The translations under genes and the position numbers were made by a program. Below the pieces are notes generated by a model. That model had not been told where the DNA came from. It saw only the letters and a program-made list of their open reading frames with translations, and did not search any database. From the NCBI GenBank assembly GCA_963850835.1, contig CAWKNB010000021.1, positions 8,525 through 72,524 on the forward strand: a stretch of 64,000 bases of DNA, read 5' to 3'. This document shows, one piece after another, positions 21,293 to 31,278 of the stretch. The stretch's first letter is position 1. Every line of letters starts with the position of its first letter. This DNA is from an uncultured Actinomycetota bacterium (lineage in GTDB: Bacteria; Actinomycetota; Actinomycetes; Mycobacteriales; Jatrophihabitantaceae).

Positions 21293-22628
21293 TCAGAAGG
21301 CCAGGACATCAAGGCCGTGCGTGACACCGATCAGGAGTCTTCGGCCGGACACGGCGGGCGTGGTGAACTGGGTCGGGAGCACACCGATCGTCACCGTCGC
21401 CCGCAGGGCGCCGGTGGTGGCGCTGTAGCCGTAGAGAACGTGAGCCGCCGTGTTCAGCGACCAGATGACACCACCGCCGTACACCGGCGACGCCGTGGCA
21501 TTCGCGGCGTGCCAGAGGACATGCATCGCGCCGGCGGCATCGATGCGCACCGCGCGGATACCGTCCTTGCAGGGCACGTAGACGACATCGTTGATCACGC
21601 TCGTGCCGCCGAAGGAGCGGCACAGGTCGACCTGGCTGACTTCGCCGCCGATCCCGCCGAGATCGTCCTGCCGCAAGACGTAGGCCGGCCCGGACTTTCC
21701 TGCGACGAAGATCCACGGCCCGACGAGGGCCGGTTGTTGCGAGCCCAGGCCGACGTCGCCCTGGTTGTTCTCGGCCCAATCGCTCGGCGCGAACGAGTCG
21801 AGCACGGTGCCGGTGGCCGAGGAGAGCTCCAGCAGCGAGTTGGTGAAGTCGTAGGCATCGCCGGGGAACGCGGCACCGTTCGCCGACACGACGAACAAGT
21901 GACCCTTCCCGTCAGTGGTCGGGCCGGAAGGCGCCCAGATGCCGCCACCACGCTCGGTCGGCGCCGTGTAGGCGAGCGTTGAACCACTGCCCGACAGCGG
22001 AACACCTACGAGTCGGCCCTTGTAGTTGCCGCAGTCGCCGGCGAGCGCGCCGAACGGCACCCAAACGCGACCGACAGAAAAGGTCAGCGCGCCGCGCTGC
22101 TGCATCGCGGCCGGATCGACACCTGACAGATCAAGACTGTGCGAGAACCGAATTGCGCCGGTGCGGGCGTTCAGCGCGTACAGCCGATGAGTGGGCGGCG
22201 AGGTCCCCAGCTCGGCCGCCACGTACATGGTGTCCGTGGCGGAGTAATAGACCGGGGTGCTCGTGATGCCGAGCGGGTCGATGTCGCCGCATGGGCGTTG
22301 ACTCGCCGGCGACGGCGCGCCCAGATTCCGCTTCCACACCAGCTTGTTGTTGACGTCGAAGGCGTACACGCTGTTGTTCTCGGTCGCTGCGTAGGTCAGA
22401 CCGTCCGCGACGATCGGCTGTGCGTAGACCGCGCCGTCGAGCACCAACCGCCTGATGATGTGCATACCGCCGGTGTAGGTCGGCATGCTCGTCGCGTAGC
22501 CCGTTCGCTGCGCCGTTGCCGTGGTAGGCCCACCAGGCATTCGCCGTCAGCGCGGCCGCGCCGCTCGGCGCGGCGGTCAGGAACGGGGCGAGGACGACGA
22601 GGATCGCGAGCACAAACCTGCGGCGCAT
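21293..22628 (-). CDS. Secreted PQQ-like beta-propeller protein, frameshift ~22510
   Basis: The signal peptide MRRRFVLAILVVLAP...WWAYHGN is in one frame. The propeller blades (LDGAVYAQP, VYAFD...LVWKRNLG, GGGIWAPSG, DVGLGS) are in the next frame. Confidence 0.8.
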
Positions 22629-22840
22629 ACGGACAGTGTGCACGCATTACGGACTGTAGCGAAGGCCTCGGCGCCATCGACCTCGCAACCCGTCGCGGAA
22701 TCGCCCTGTTTGCTACGTCCGTGGCGGTGCGGCTGGATTCAGCGCGTCGCTTTCGTGGCCACTACTGGTCTTCCGGCGTCCACGGCGGCCCTCGCATCGG
22801 TATTTCCGATATCGAGAACCGGGCAACGACTGGAGGCACG

Positions 22841-23668
22841 ATGCGAAGAGCGCTAGGCATGCTGTTGGTAGTGACGGCTGGATTGGTGGCGGCTCTGATG
22901 GCGGTCGCGGCACCGTCCGGCGCGGCTGGTCCGGCCAAGGTGAGTGTGGTGCACGGAATTCCGAACACACCCGTGAACGTCTTCGTCAACGGCAAGTCGA
23001 CACTGCAGGATTTCAAGCCCGGTAGCGTCGCCGGGCCACTCGACCTGGCAGCCGGCACCTACACGGTCACGATCTTCCCGGCCTCGAACACGAAAGGCAC
23101 CGGCACACCGGTGATCAAGGCGACGGCGAGCGTCACAGCGGGCAACAACTACTCGCTCGTCGCACATCTGACCACCGCGGGCAAGCCGACGCTGACGGCC
23201 TATCAGAACGATGTCTCGAAGGTCGCCGCAGGCAAGGCCCGACTCGTCGTACGGCACGACGCGGCAGCTCCGGCGGTCGACGTACGCGCCAACGGCAAGG
23301 TCGCCTTCGCGAACCTCACCAACCCCAACCAGGCAAAGGCGGACCTGCCGGCCGGCTCGATCAAGGCCGACGTGGTGCTGGCCGGCACGTCGACGGTCGC
23401 AATCGGCCCGGCGACGCTCGACCTCGGCGAGGGCACCGCGACCATCGTCTACGCGATCGGTTCTGCAACCGGCAAGACCTTGGCGCTCGTGACCCAGACC
23501 ATCGACGGGCTGCACATGGCACCCGGCGGCGTGCCGGCTGGATCAGGCGGCCTGCTGGACCGCGACCCGGGCACTCCGGGATGGGTGTGGTTCGCCGGCG
23601 CAAGCGCGTTGCTGGTGGCGCTGCTCGGCGCGGGTGGCGCATACCGCCTCACCCGCACCGGAGGCTGA
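22841..23668 (+). CDS. DUF4397-domain secreted protein with C-terminal VPAG + TM sorting signal
   Basis: SD GGAGG, signal peptide, VSVVHGIP and RLVVRHDAAAPAVDV, C-terminal GGVPAGSGG followed by a hydrophobic helix and RLTR. Confidence 0.85.
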   Translation: MRRALGMLLVVTAGLVAALMAVAAPSGAAGPAKVSVVHGIPNTPVNVFVNGKSTLQDFKPGSVAGPLDLAAGTYTVTIFPASNTKGTGTPVIKATASVTAGNNYSLVAHLTTAGKPTLTAYQNDVSKVAAGKARLVVRHDAAAPAVDVRANGKVAFANLTNPNQAKADLPAGSIKADVVLAGTSTVAIGPATLDLGEGTATIVYAIGSATGKTLALVTQTIDGLHMAPGGVPAGSGGLLDRDPGTPGWVWFAGASALLVALLGAGGAYRLTRTGG

Positions 23669-23687
23669 TGATCGAGGAGCACCAGAG

Positions 23688-24440
23688 GTGAGACGGCGCA
23701 CGGCGCTGATCGCGTGCACGGCGGCAATCGTCGTCGGCAGCGCCGGCGCCGTCGCCATACCGCTGATCTGGGGAGCATCGCGGCATCACGTCACCGCGGT
23801 GGCGCCGGTCGGCACCGGTGCTGCCACCAGGCTGGCAGCCGAAACCCCCGCGCCGGTCGCGTCGCCGTCTGCAGCGGCGCGACCGTCGCCGACCGTTCGA
23901 CATCGCACGCCGGTACCGCACTCGAGTTCGCATGGCCGATCGACCCACTCGGCCACATCCACGCTCGGCGGCCGGCCGGGGCCGATCGGGCGCGGCCCGG
24001 GGCCGGTGTCCGTCGCCGCGCCGAGCGTCGGTATCCGGGCCGCGGTCTACCCCGTCGGCGTCGACGCGGCCGGCGAGGTCGCGATACCCGAACGGGTCGA
24101 CACCGTCGGTTGGTACCGGTTCGGTGCACGACCGGGATCGGCGCAGGGATCCACCGTGCTCGTCGGGCACGTCGACTCGGCCGTGCAGGGCGCGGGTGCG
24201 TTCTTCCGTTTGCAGGAGATCAAACGCGGTGCCCGCATCGCGCTGACGCTGCCTTCCGGGCGGACCGCGGCCTATCACGTGGTTGCGCGCGAAGCGTTCC
24301 GCAAGGGTTCGGTTCCGCTCGATGCCCTGTTCTCACTCACCGGCGCACCTCGGCTGACCATGATCACCTGCGGCGGCTCGTTCGACCCGCGCGCCCGCTC
24401 GTACCGCGACAACGTGGTCGTCACAGCGGTGCCCATCTGA
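23688..24440 (+). CDS. Class F sortase
   Basis: VGWY...PG...VLVGHVDS and LTMITCGG...YRDNVVV, with an N-terminal TM anchor. Confidence 0.9.
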   Translation: MRRRTALIACTAAIVVGSAGAVAIPLIWGASRHHVTAVAPVGTGAATRLAAETPAPVASPSAAARPSPTVRHRTPVPHSSSHGRSTHSATSTLGGRPGPIGRGPGPVSVAAPSVGIRAAVYPVGVDAAGEVAIPERVDTVGWYRFGARPGSAQGSTVLVGHVDSAVQGAGAFFRLQEIKRGARIALTLPSGRTAAYHVVAREAFRKGSVPLDALFSLTGAPRLTMITCGGSFDPRARSYRDNVVVTAVPI

Positions 24441-24460
24441 CCTGCTCGCGCGCGAGGACA

Positions 24461-24865
24461 ATGCCGGACATGCCCAGTGAGTGGACGCAACCAGACCTGG
24501 CGAAGATCGAGGGCGCCGACGAGCTGCGGATCGCGACGAGGCGTCCGGACGAAACGCTGCGACGTGCCGTACCGATCTGGGCGGTCGCGGTCGACGGGTG
24601 CGTCTACGTGCGCACCTGGCATCGGCGCGCCACCGGTTGGTTCGGCCACGCCGTCAGCTCCGGCGCCGCGCGGATCGCCGTGCCGGGCCTGGACACCGAC
24701 GTCACGGTCGTGCAGGTCGGCCCGCATCGGCGGGCGCGCATCGACGCTGCCTACCGGACCAAGTACGGCGGCTACGGTGCCGCGACCGTCGCACAGATGG
24801 TGAACGACGACGCCGTGGAAACCACGCTCCGGCTCGACGCGACCGAGACGGCCCCGACCCCGTAG
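24461..24865 (+). CDS. DUF2255-family protein
   Basis: ELRIATRRPDETLRRAVPIWAV and IDAAYRTKY. Confidence 0.8.
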   Translation: MPDMPSEWTQPDLAKIEGADELRIATRRPDETLRRAVPIWAVAVDGCVYVRTWHRRATGWFGHAVSSGAARIAVPGLDTDVTVVQVGPHRRARIDAAYRTKYGGYGAATVAQMVNDDAVETTLRLDATETAPTP

Positions 24866-25024
24866 CCCTTGCAACTCTCCTTGACGGCAAGTCGTGGCAT
24901 CACGAATTGTCCGTGGACGACCTGGGGACGATGCCGGATTCGGCGCCGGCCCGCGAGGCTGCGAGGAATAGCCCGACCGGAGAGATGCTTACGGCACGAA
25001 CAGCCCACGAGCGAAGGAGATCCG

Positions 25025-25927
25025 GTGCTCGCATTGCAGTATCACGCCTATGGAGGGCCCGAGCAGCTCGAGGTGGCAGAGGCTCCCGAGCCGCACGCCG
25101 GGGCCGGCCAGGTACGTATCGCCGTCCGCGCGGTCAGCGTCAACCCGCTCGATTGGAAGTTGCTGTCCGGAGCCATGTCCGGCGGCGAGGCCCCCGACGG
25201 CCCCGGGTTCCTCGGCTTCGACGCGTCCGGGGTCGTCGACCAGGTCGGCGAAGGGGTGTCGGGCGTGTCCGTGGGCGACGAGGTCTTCGGCACCGGTCAG
25301 AACACCGACGCGCAGTTCGCCGTGCTGAACGCCTGGGCGCCGAAGCATCCGTCGATCGATTGGGCCGTCGCGGCCGCCGCCGGGGTCGCGGGCGAGACGT
25401 CCGAGCGCGTGCTGCGGCTGCTGGGCGTCACGAGCGGTGACACGATCTTCATCGACGGCGGCGCGGGCGGCGTCGGCGCAGTAGCCGTCCAGGTGGCCGT
25501 CGCGGATGGCCTGCGCGTGGTCGCGTCGGCGGGCCCCGACAACCAGGACTACTTGCGCGAGATCGGCGCGACACCGGTGCTCTACGGCGACGGCGTCGCC
25601 GATCGGGTACGCGCGGCGGCCGATGCCACGATCGCCGGCGTCGTCGACGTCGCCGGCAAAACCCCGATCGACGTGCTGATCGGTCTCGTCGCGGAACCCC
25701 GCCAGGTCGTCACGATCGCCAATTTCGGTGCCGGTGAATCAGGCGTCCAGATCACCGGCGGCGGCGCAGACGCGCACCCGTTCGAAGCCCTCACCCAGAC
25801 CGCCGGGCTGCTCGAGCAGGGCAAGCTCGTCATCAAGGTGCAGACCTTCCCGATGGACCGCGCCGGCGAGGCGTTCCAGATCAGCCGGTCCGGGCATGTC
25901 CGCGGCAAACTCGTCCTCCTTCCCTAG
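25025..25927 (+). CDS. NADP-dependent (MDR/quinone) oxidoreductase
   Basis: SD GAAGGAG before GTG. YGGPEQL, VNPLDWK, IDGGAGGVG and HVRGKLVL. Confidence 0.9.
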   Translation: MLALQYHAYGGPEQLEVAEAPEPHAGAGQVRIAVRAVSVNPLDWKLLSGAMSGGEAPDGPGFLGFDASGVVDQVGEGVSGVSVGDEVFGTGQNTDAQFAVLNAWAPKHPSIDWAVAAAAGVAGETSERVLRLLGVTSGDTIFIDGGAGGVGAVAVQVAVADGLRVVASAGPDNQDYLREIGATPVLYGDGVADRVRAAADATIAGVVDVAGKTPIDVLIGLVAEPRQVVTIANFGAGESGVQITGGGADAHPFEALTQTAGLLEQGKLVIKVQTFPMDRAGEAFQISRSGHVRGKLVLLP

Positions 25928-25962
25928 CCGGGCTCGAAATCGCGTCCGGTAGAACTGGCAGG

Positions 25963-26830
25963 GTGCGCTACTCGATCAACATTCCCAACTTCGGCGAGTT
26001 CGCCGACGCCCGCACGGTAGCGACGGTCGCCGCCGCGGCCGAGGCAGCGGGGTGGGATGGCTTGTTCGTCTGGGACCACGTCGTTCACGACAAGCGAGCG
26101 CGCCGGGGACAGCCGTTCGGAGATCCGTGGATGTTGTTGACCGCCGCCGCGCTGACGACGTCGACACTGCGGATCGGCACGCTGGTGACTCCGGTAGCGC
26201 GCCGCCGCCCTGAACAGCTGGCTCGCCAGGTTGCCACCCTCGACCTCATGTCCGGCGGCCGTGTCGTTTTCGGCGCCGGGCTGGGGGGTCCGATCGATGA
26301 TGAGTTCGCGAGTTTCGGCGACACCACCGATCCGCGGGTTCTCGCCGAACGGCTCGACGAGGGCCTGGGAGCTGCTCGGCCGGTACTGGTCCGGTGAGAC
26401 GGTCGATCACGACGGGCGGCACTACCGAGTCCGTGACACCGCGCTCCTGCCCGCGACGGTCCAGCGGCCCCGACCTCCGGTATGGATCGCCGGCTATTGG
26501 CCGCACCGCCGGCCGATGCGCCGCGCGGCACAGTGGGACGGTGCGGTGCCGTTGTTCGAGTCCGCGCGGCACGGTCAGGCGCCATCGCCGGAGCAGGTGC
26601 GCGATCTCGCTGACTACCTCGGCAGGCATCGCGGTGAGCGGCGAGAGCAGCCGTTCGACATCGTCGTCGGCGGCGTGAGCGACCCGTCGAGCGCCCCTGG
26701 GCTGATCAGAGCACTCCGCGACGCCGGCGCCACCTGGTGGGACGAACGCCAGCTTCAGACGACCCCAGACCTCTACCGCGCCGATTCGGTGCTGCGCCGT
26801 ATCGAAGCCGGGCCACCCGCAATCGACTGA
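25963..26830 (+). CDS. LLM-class flavin-dependent oxidoreductase, +1 frameshift ~26368
   Basis: GWDGLFVWDH, DPWMLL and RQVATLDLMSGGR, continuing in the 26231 frame with VQRPRPPVWIAG. Confidence 0.85.
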
Positions 26831-26838
26831 CCGCCGCG

Positions 26839-28542
26839 TCAGCCGGTGATCCAAACGATGTAGATCACGCCGGCCTGGTTCGTCGCGTCGGTGGTGAGGG
26901 TGGTGTTGCTGAACTGCGCGGAGATCGTCGAGGATCCGGCTCCCCCGCCCCCGCCGGCGCCGATGCCATCGCCGCTGCCGGCCGTCCCGGCGGATCCGCC
27001 TTTGACGCCACCGCCGCCACCACCACCGGTGTCGTCGTACTGGTCGCTGCTCGCGGTTTGGCCGACACCGGTGGACATGTATCCGCCCTTGCCGGTGCCA
27101 CCGCCGTCGATACCGCCACCCGAACCGCCGTTGTCGGCCTTGGCCCCGGCAGCGCCACCGTTGCCGTGCTCTGCCGTCCCGGCATTCGGGTAACCGGATC
27201 CTGCGCCGCCTCCGCCGCCGGCGACCATGATCGGGGTGCCGTCGCTGGTCTGCACGACAGAGGCCGTTCCGCCCCCTCCGCCACCGGTGGAATCGGAAGC
27301 CTTGCCGCCGCCGACCGTTCCGCCGGCACCGCCCTGGTAGGCGGCGAGCCCTTGCCCGGCGACGCCGCCGGAGCCGCCGCCAGAAGTGCGGAACTGTCCC
27401 TGCCCGCCGGCGGTCAACGTGAGCTGTTCTCCCGCTGTCACCGTGAGCGTTCCGGCGGCGAGAGCGCCGTTCCCGCCGTGACCGGCATCGTGGATGCCGC
27501 CGGTGCTGCCTCCACCGCCACCGATCGCGACGAAGGTGCCGCCCGTGACGCCTGCTGGCACCGTGATGGTCTGGGTCTGGCCGTTGACCGGGATCAGGAC
27601 GCCGGGCAGGCCTTGCCAGTAGACCGTCACCGACCCGCCGTTGGTGGTCGTGCCGGGCCGGATGGACGACACGGTCACCCGGGAGGGATCGGTCCACGAG
27701 CTCCCGGCGCCGCCGCCACCCCCACCGGCGGACTGGTGCTGATTGGCCGTCTGTCCTGCATCGCCGGCGGCGCCGCCGCGATAACCGCCACCGCCGCCAC
27801 CGCCACCGATGGCGCTCGCCGTGTACTGGCCGCCCGCTCCGCCGCCGGCGCTCTGACCCCCACCTGCACCGCCGGCGGCGGTGTATCCGGGGTAAGAGCA
27901 ACCGGACCCGTTGAACGCCGGGGTCCCGTCTGCACCGCCGGTGCCTCCGGTGCCGTAGCAGGAACTGAAGCCGGACTGTTGACCGTTCCCACCACCGCCG
28001 CCGGCGACGATCAACGGGGCGCCGCTCGAATCGAGGATGGCTGTCGCGCCTCCCCCGCCACCACCAGGCGACGACGCTTCACCGAGGCCGCCGCCGTCGC
28101 CACCGTTCATTCCACCGGGGCCCGCGCCGCCGTTCCCGTCGCTGCCGTCGGCACCGACACCGACCGTCAGGTCCTCACCCGGGGTCACCGACAGCGTTCC
28201 AGTGACCGAAGCCCCCGGCCGGAACGCGCCATGCCCACCGCTGTCGCCCGCGCCACCCTGCAGGAACACGATCGCCTGCGTCACGCCCTGCGGAACATGC
28301 ACCGAGTTCGTCGAACCCGGCGTGCTGTACGAAGCCTGCAGACCGGACGGCACCGGAGGAACCGGTGCGTCGGCGACTGTGGCGCGCGACGTGGTCGATT
28401 TCATCATCGGCCCGGCGGCGCTGACATCGTCGGAATCGGCACTGGAGCAGGCTGTCAACGCCAGGGCCGACACGGCGACCAGCGTGGCCGTCGCAGTCGT
28501 CGTCACGGTGCGCAATGTGGCTCGAGTCCGGTCGAGGCTCAT
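26839..28542 (-). CDS. Glycine-rich secreted lipoprotein with two tandem Gly-rich (polyglycine-II-type) domains
   Basis: Lipobox ALTAC. Two repeats of VPxGVT...GG.G...GTL(S/T)VT(P/A)GE.LT...GGGGG...P(L/I)(I/M)VAGGGGG. Confidence 0.75.
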   Translation of the reverse strand: MSLDRTRATLRTVTTTATATLVAVSALALTACSSADSDDVSAAGPMMKSTTSRATVADAPVPPVPSGLQASYSTPGSTNSVHVPQGVTQAIVFLQGGAGDSGGHGAFRPGASVTGTLSVTPGEDLTVGVGADGSDGNGGAGPGGMNGGDGGGLGEASSPGGGGGGATAILDSSGAPLIVAGGGGGNGQQSGFSSCYGTGGTGGADGTPAFNGSGCSYPGYTAAGGAGGGQSAGGGAGGQYTASAIGGGGGGGGYRGGAAGDAGQTANQHQSAGGGGGGAGSSWTDPSRVTVSSIRPGTTTNGGSVTVYWQGLPGVLIPVNGQTQTITVPAGVTGGTFVAIGGGGGSTGGIHDAGHGGNGALAAGTLTVTAGEQLTLTAGGQGQFRTSGGGSGGVAGQGLAAYQGGAGGTVGGGKASDSTGGGGGGTASVVQTSDGTPIMVAGGGGGAGSGYPNAGTAEHGNGGAAGAKADNGGSGGGIDGGGTGKGGYMSTGVGQTASSDQYDDTGGGGGGGVKGGSAGTAGSGDGIGAGGGGGAGSSTISAQFSNTTLTTDATNQAGVIYIVWITG

Positions 28543-28758
28543 CGTGTGGTCCTTCGGTGCAAGAGGGTCGGCTCGTGCCGAGTTGCAGGAACCGACAGCA
28601 CCGTAGGTCCCGACGTGCCGCACCGTCTGTTCGAACGCTGACAGTGCGCGGGTGATCGCGGCGACATCACCGACGCCCGATGCGAGGTGAACGAGGGCAG
28701 CGGCTTCGCCGACGAGTTCGGATGGTACGAAGGAGCACATCCGACCAAGGAGCTGACA

Positions 28759-30663
28759 GTGCCCTACAGCCCGAACGACGCGACGTCGGCCACCGCGCAG
28801 TTCAACCGTGACGCGATCGCGCGCTACGACATGGACGACCGGCAGGATTTCGCCGATGCCGACCGCGGGCTGATCGCGCCGTTGCCGGGGCCGGTCTTGG
28901 GCCCGGACGGCCACGTCATCTATGACGCGGATTGGCTTGATTACCTCGGCGATGAGCAACCGACGCCGGACACGGTGAACCCGAGCCTGTGGCGGCAGTC
29001 GCAGCTCATCAAACGCGGTGGTCTGTACAAGGTCGTGGACGGGCTCTACCAGGTCCGCAACAACGACATCGGGGATCTCACCATCGTCGAGGGCGACGAC
29101 GGCCTGGTGATCGTCGACTGCACGAGTTCGGTCGAGAGCGCCAGACAAGGCCTCGACCTGTTCCACGAACACGTGAGTGACAAGCCGGTCGTCGCAGTGA
29201 TCTACACGCACACCCACATCGATCACTACGGCGGCGTGAAAGGGGTCGTGGACCCGGCCGACGTGGCATCGGGCAAGGTGCCGATCATCGGGCCCGGCAC
29301 CATCGCCTCGTTCGACAAGTTCGCGATCGGCGAGAACGTAGTAGCCGGCAATGCGATGTCACGGCGCGCGCAGTACGCGTTCGGCGGTCTGCTCGATCTT
29401 GGCCCGACGGGAACGGTTTCGTGCGGTATCGGCATGCTGTCGACCCGTGGCCCGAGCATCTCCTACATCTCGCCGACCGACGCGATCACCGAGACCGGTA
29501 CCAAGCGCGAGCTCGCCGGGCTGGAGTTCGAGTTCCTGTACGCGCCGGACACCGAGGCGCCGGAGGAGATGCACATCTGGATCCCGCAGCTCAAGGCATT
29601 GACCTGCGCGGAGAACGCCAACCACTCGCTGCACAACATCCAGACCCTGCGGGGAGCCCGAACCCGCGATGCCCGCAACTTCGCCCGCTACCTCGACGAG
29701 ACCCTCGAACGCTGGGGCGATCAGGCCGAGGTCCACTACGGGCCGCACACCTGGCCGGTATGGGACAACGCCAACATCGTCGGGTTCATCGAGTCGCAGC
29801 GCGACACCTACAAGTACGTCCACGACCAGGCGCTGCGGCTGGCGAACAAGGGCTACACCCCGCTCGAGGCAGCCGAGGTGATCGAGCTGCCCGAGGAGCT
29901 GGGCCGCAAGTGGTACAACCGCGGCTACCACGGCACGCTGCACCACGACGTGCGAGCCGTGTACACCAAGGAGCTGGGCATGTGGGACGGCGACCCGGTG
30001 TCGCTGCACCCACACCCACCCGTCGAATCCGCGAAACGGTTCGTCGACCTGCTCGGCCCCGAGAAGATCCTCGCCGAGGGCAAGCGAGCCTTCGATGCCG
30101 CCGATTACCGATGGGCCGCCGAGATACTGCACAAGCTGGTGTTCGCCCAGCCCGACAACACCGAGGCCAAGAACCTGCAGGCCGACGCCTACGAACAGAT
30201 GGGTTACCAGGCCGAAGGACCTCAGTGGCGCGGCATCTTCCTCACCGCCGCCCGTGAACTGCGCGAAGGCGCACTCCCCGCCGCGTTCGCCACGGCCAGC
30301 CAGGACTCGATCATGGCGATGCCGATCGACATCTTGTTCGACTTCGCGGCCGTGCACGTCGACGGCGACAAGGCCGCCGAGGTCGACCTACGGATCGACT
30401 TCGTGTTCACCGACCTCGACGAGACCTGGACGGTGTGGGTCAGGCGCGGCGTGTTGAACGCCCGGCGCGGCGCGTCGGCAGACACCCACGTCACCGTCTC
30501 CGGGCCCAAGGCGGCCCTCGTCGGCGCTGTCCTCCAACCCGCGGCGGCGGGCAAACTGGCCGAGGCCGGTCAGCTCACCCTCGACGGCGACGCGACGGTG
30601 CTGCAGACCTACGCCGGCGTCCTCGACGAGTTCGATCCCAACTTCAACATCGTCACCCCGTAA
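28759..30663 (+). CDS. Alkyl/aryl sulfatase (SdsA1/YjcS family; MBL fold + dimerisation + SCP2 domain)
   Basis: DFADADRG, NPSLWRQ, YTHTHIDHYGG, TEAPEEM, HNIQTLRGARTRD and a C-terminal SCP2-like region. SD AAGGAG. Confidence 0.92.
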   Translation: MPYSPNDATSATAQFNRDAIARYDMDDRQDFADADRGLIAPLPGPVLGPDGHVIYDADWLDYLGDEQPTPDTVNPSLWRQSQLIKRGGLYKVVDGLYQVRNNDIGDLTIVEGDDGLVIVDCTSSVESARQGLDLFHEHVSDKPVVAVIYTHTHIDHYGGVKGVVDPADVASGKVPIIGPGTIASFDKFAIGENVVAGNAMSRRAQYAFGGLLDLGPTGTVSCGIGMLSTRGPSISYISPTDAITETGTKRELAGLEFEFLYAPDTEAPEEMHIWIPQLKALTCAENANHSLHNIQTLRGARTRDARNFARYLDETLERWGDQAEVHYGPHTWPVWDNANIVGFIESQRDTYKYVHDQALRLANKGYTPLEAAEVIELPEELGRKWYNRGYHGTLHHDVRAVYTKELGMWDGDPVSLHPHPPVESAKRFVDLLGPEKILAEGKRAFDAADYRWAAEILHKLVFAQPDNTEAKNLQADAYEQMGYQAEGPQWRGIFLTAARELREGALPAAFATASQDSIMAMPIDILFDFAAVHVDGDKAAEVDLRIDFVFTDLDETWTVWVRRGVLNARRGASADTHVTVSGPKAALVGAVLQPAAAGKLAEAGQLTLDGDATVLQTYAGVLDEFDPNFNIVTP

Positions 30664-30682
30664 TTGCCAGGGAAGGTCTCGA

Positions 30683-31084
30683 CTACGGAGCGACCGTGAA
30701 CAGCACCTTCGAGGTTCCCTTGCACGTGGTGTGTTGCATCTCGAGGTTGGCGCCCTTGAGGTGGACGGACAGGTCGAACCGGGCGGTCAGCACCAACTTC
30801 TGAGGGCCGAACAGCGCGACCGTCATGGCCTTTTCGAGCGCGTTGAGATTGCCCACCGGGGCCAGGCCTTTGGCCACCATGTTCTTCTCCACGTACCGCT
30901 GCGCCTCCACCGACACGCTGCTGAAGTTGTATGCCTTCAGCGCGGTGACGAACTTGACGATGTGCGGTTTCGGGATCTTCTTGGCGGTCAACGCCTTCTC
31001 GACCTTCGTGACCGTTTCGGGTTCCTTCGGATACTTGGGCTTGTTGACCGACTTGATCGTGTCGAACGTGTACACCACTGCCAT
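30683..31084 (-). CDS. Hypothetical lysine-rich 133-aa protein
   Basis: MAVVYTFDTIKSVNKPKYPKEPE...; 18 Lys against 2 Arg, with G/C-ending codons consistent with a real gene. Confidence 0.7.
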   Translation of the reverse strand: MAVVYTFDTIKSVNKPKYPKEPETVTKVEKALTAKKIPKPHIVKFVTALKAYNFSSVSVEAQRYVEKNMVAKGLAPVGNLNALEKAMTVALFGPQKLVLTARFDLSVHLKGANLEMQHTTCKGTSKVLFTVAP

Positions 31085-31278
31085 GATCGGACTCCCGCAC
31101 GGTTTTGGATCGGGCGAGGAAATACTCGTGCGGCGTCCGGCGCCCACGCAAGGTCTCGGCCTGTCGGATATTTGTCGATCTCGGCGGAGCAACGCTGCCG
31201 GACCGGTGGTATCAGCGCACCGGCATCGCGCCTCCTACGGTCGGGAAGGGTTCCCGCGGCTGGTTTCAGGGGGTTGTC

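Noticed and set aside
24880-24891. CTTG-ACGG-CAAG, resembling the rifamycin-associated element core
   Set aside because: The centre is 4 nt rather than 3, the GGCC flanks are missing, and it is 11 kb from rph. It is better explained as a TTGACG -35.
28543-28758. Possible sixth operator or Cys leader upstream of the alkyl sulfatase
   Set aside because: No YCTA-N9-TRGA match, and only isolated single Cys codons in the short frames.
26839-29226. 795-aa ORF, and PE-PGRS identity for the Gly-rich protein
   Set aside because: The upstream 228 codons are mostly antisense to the sulfatase. The real start is the lipoprotein ATG at 28542, and there is no PE domain.
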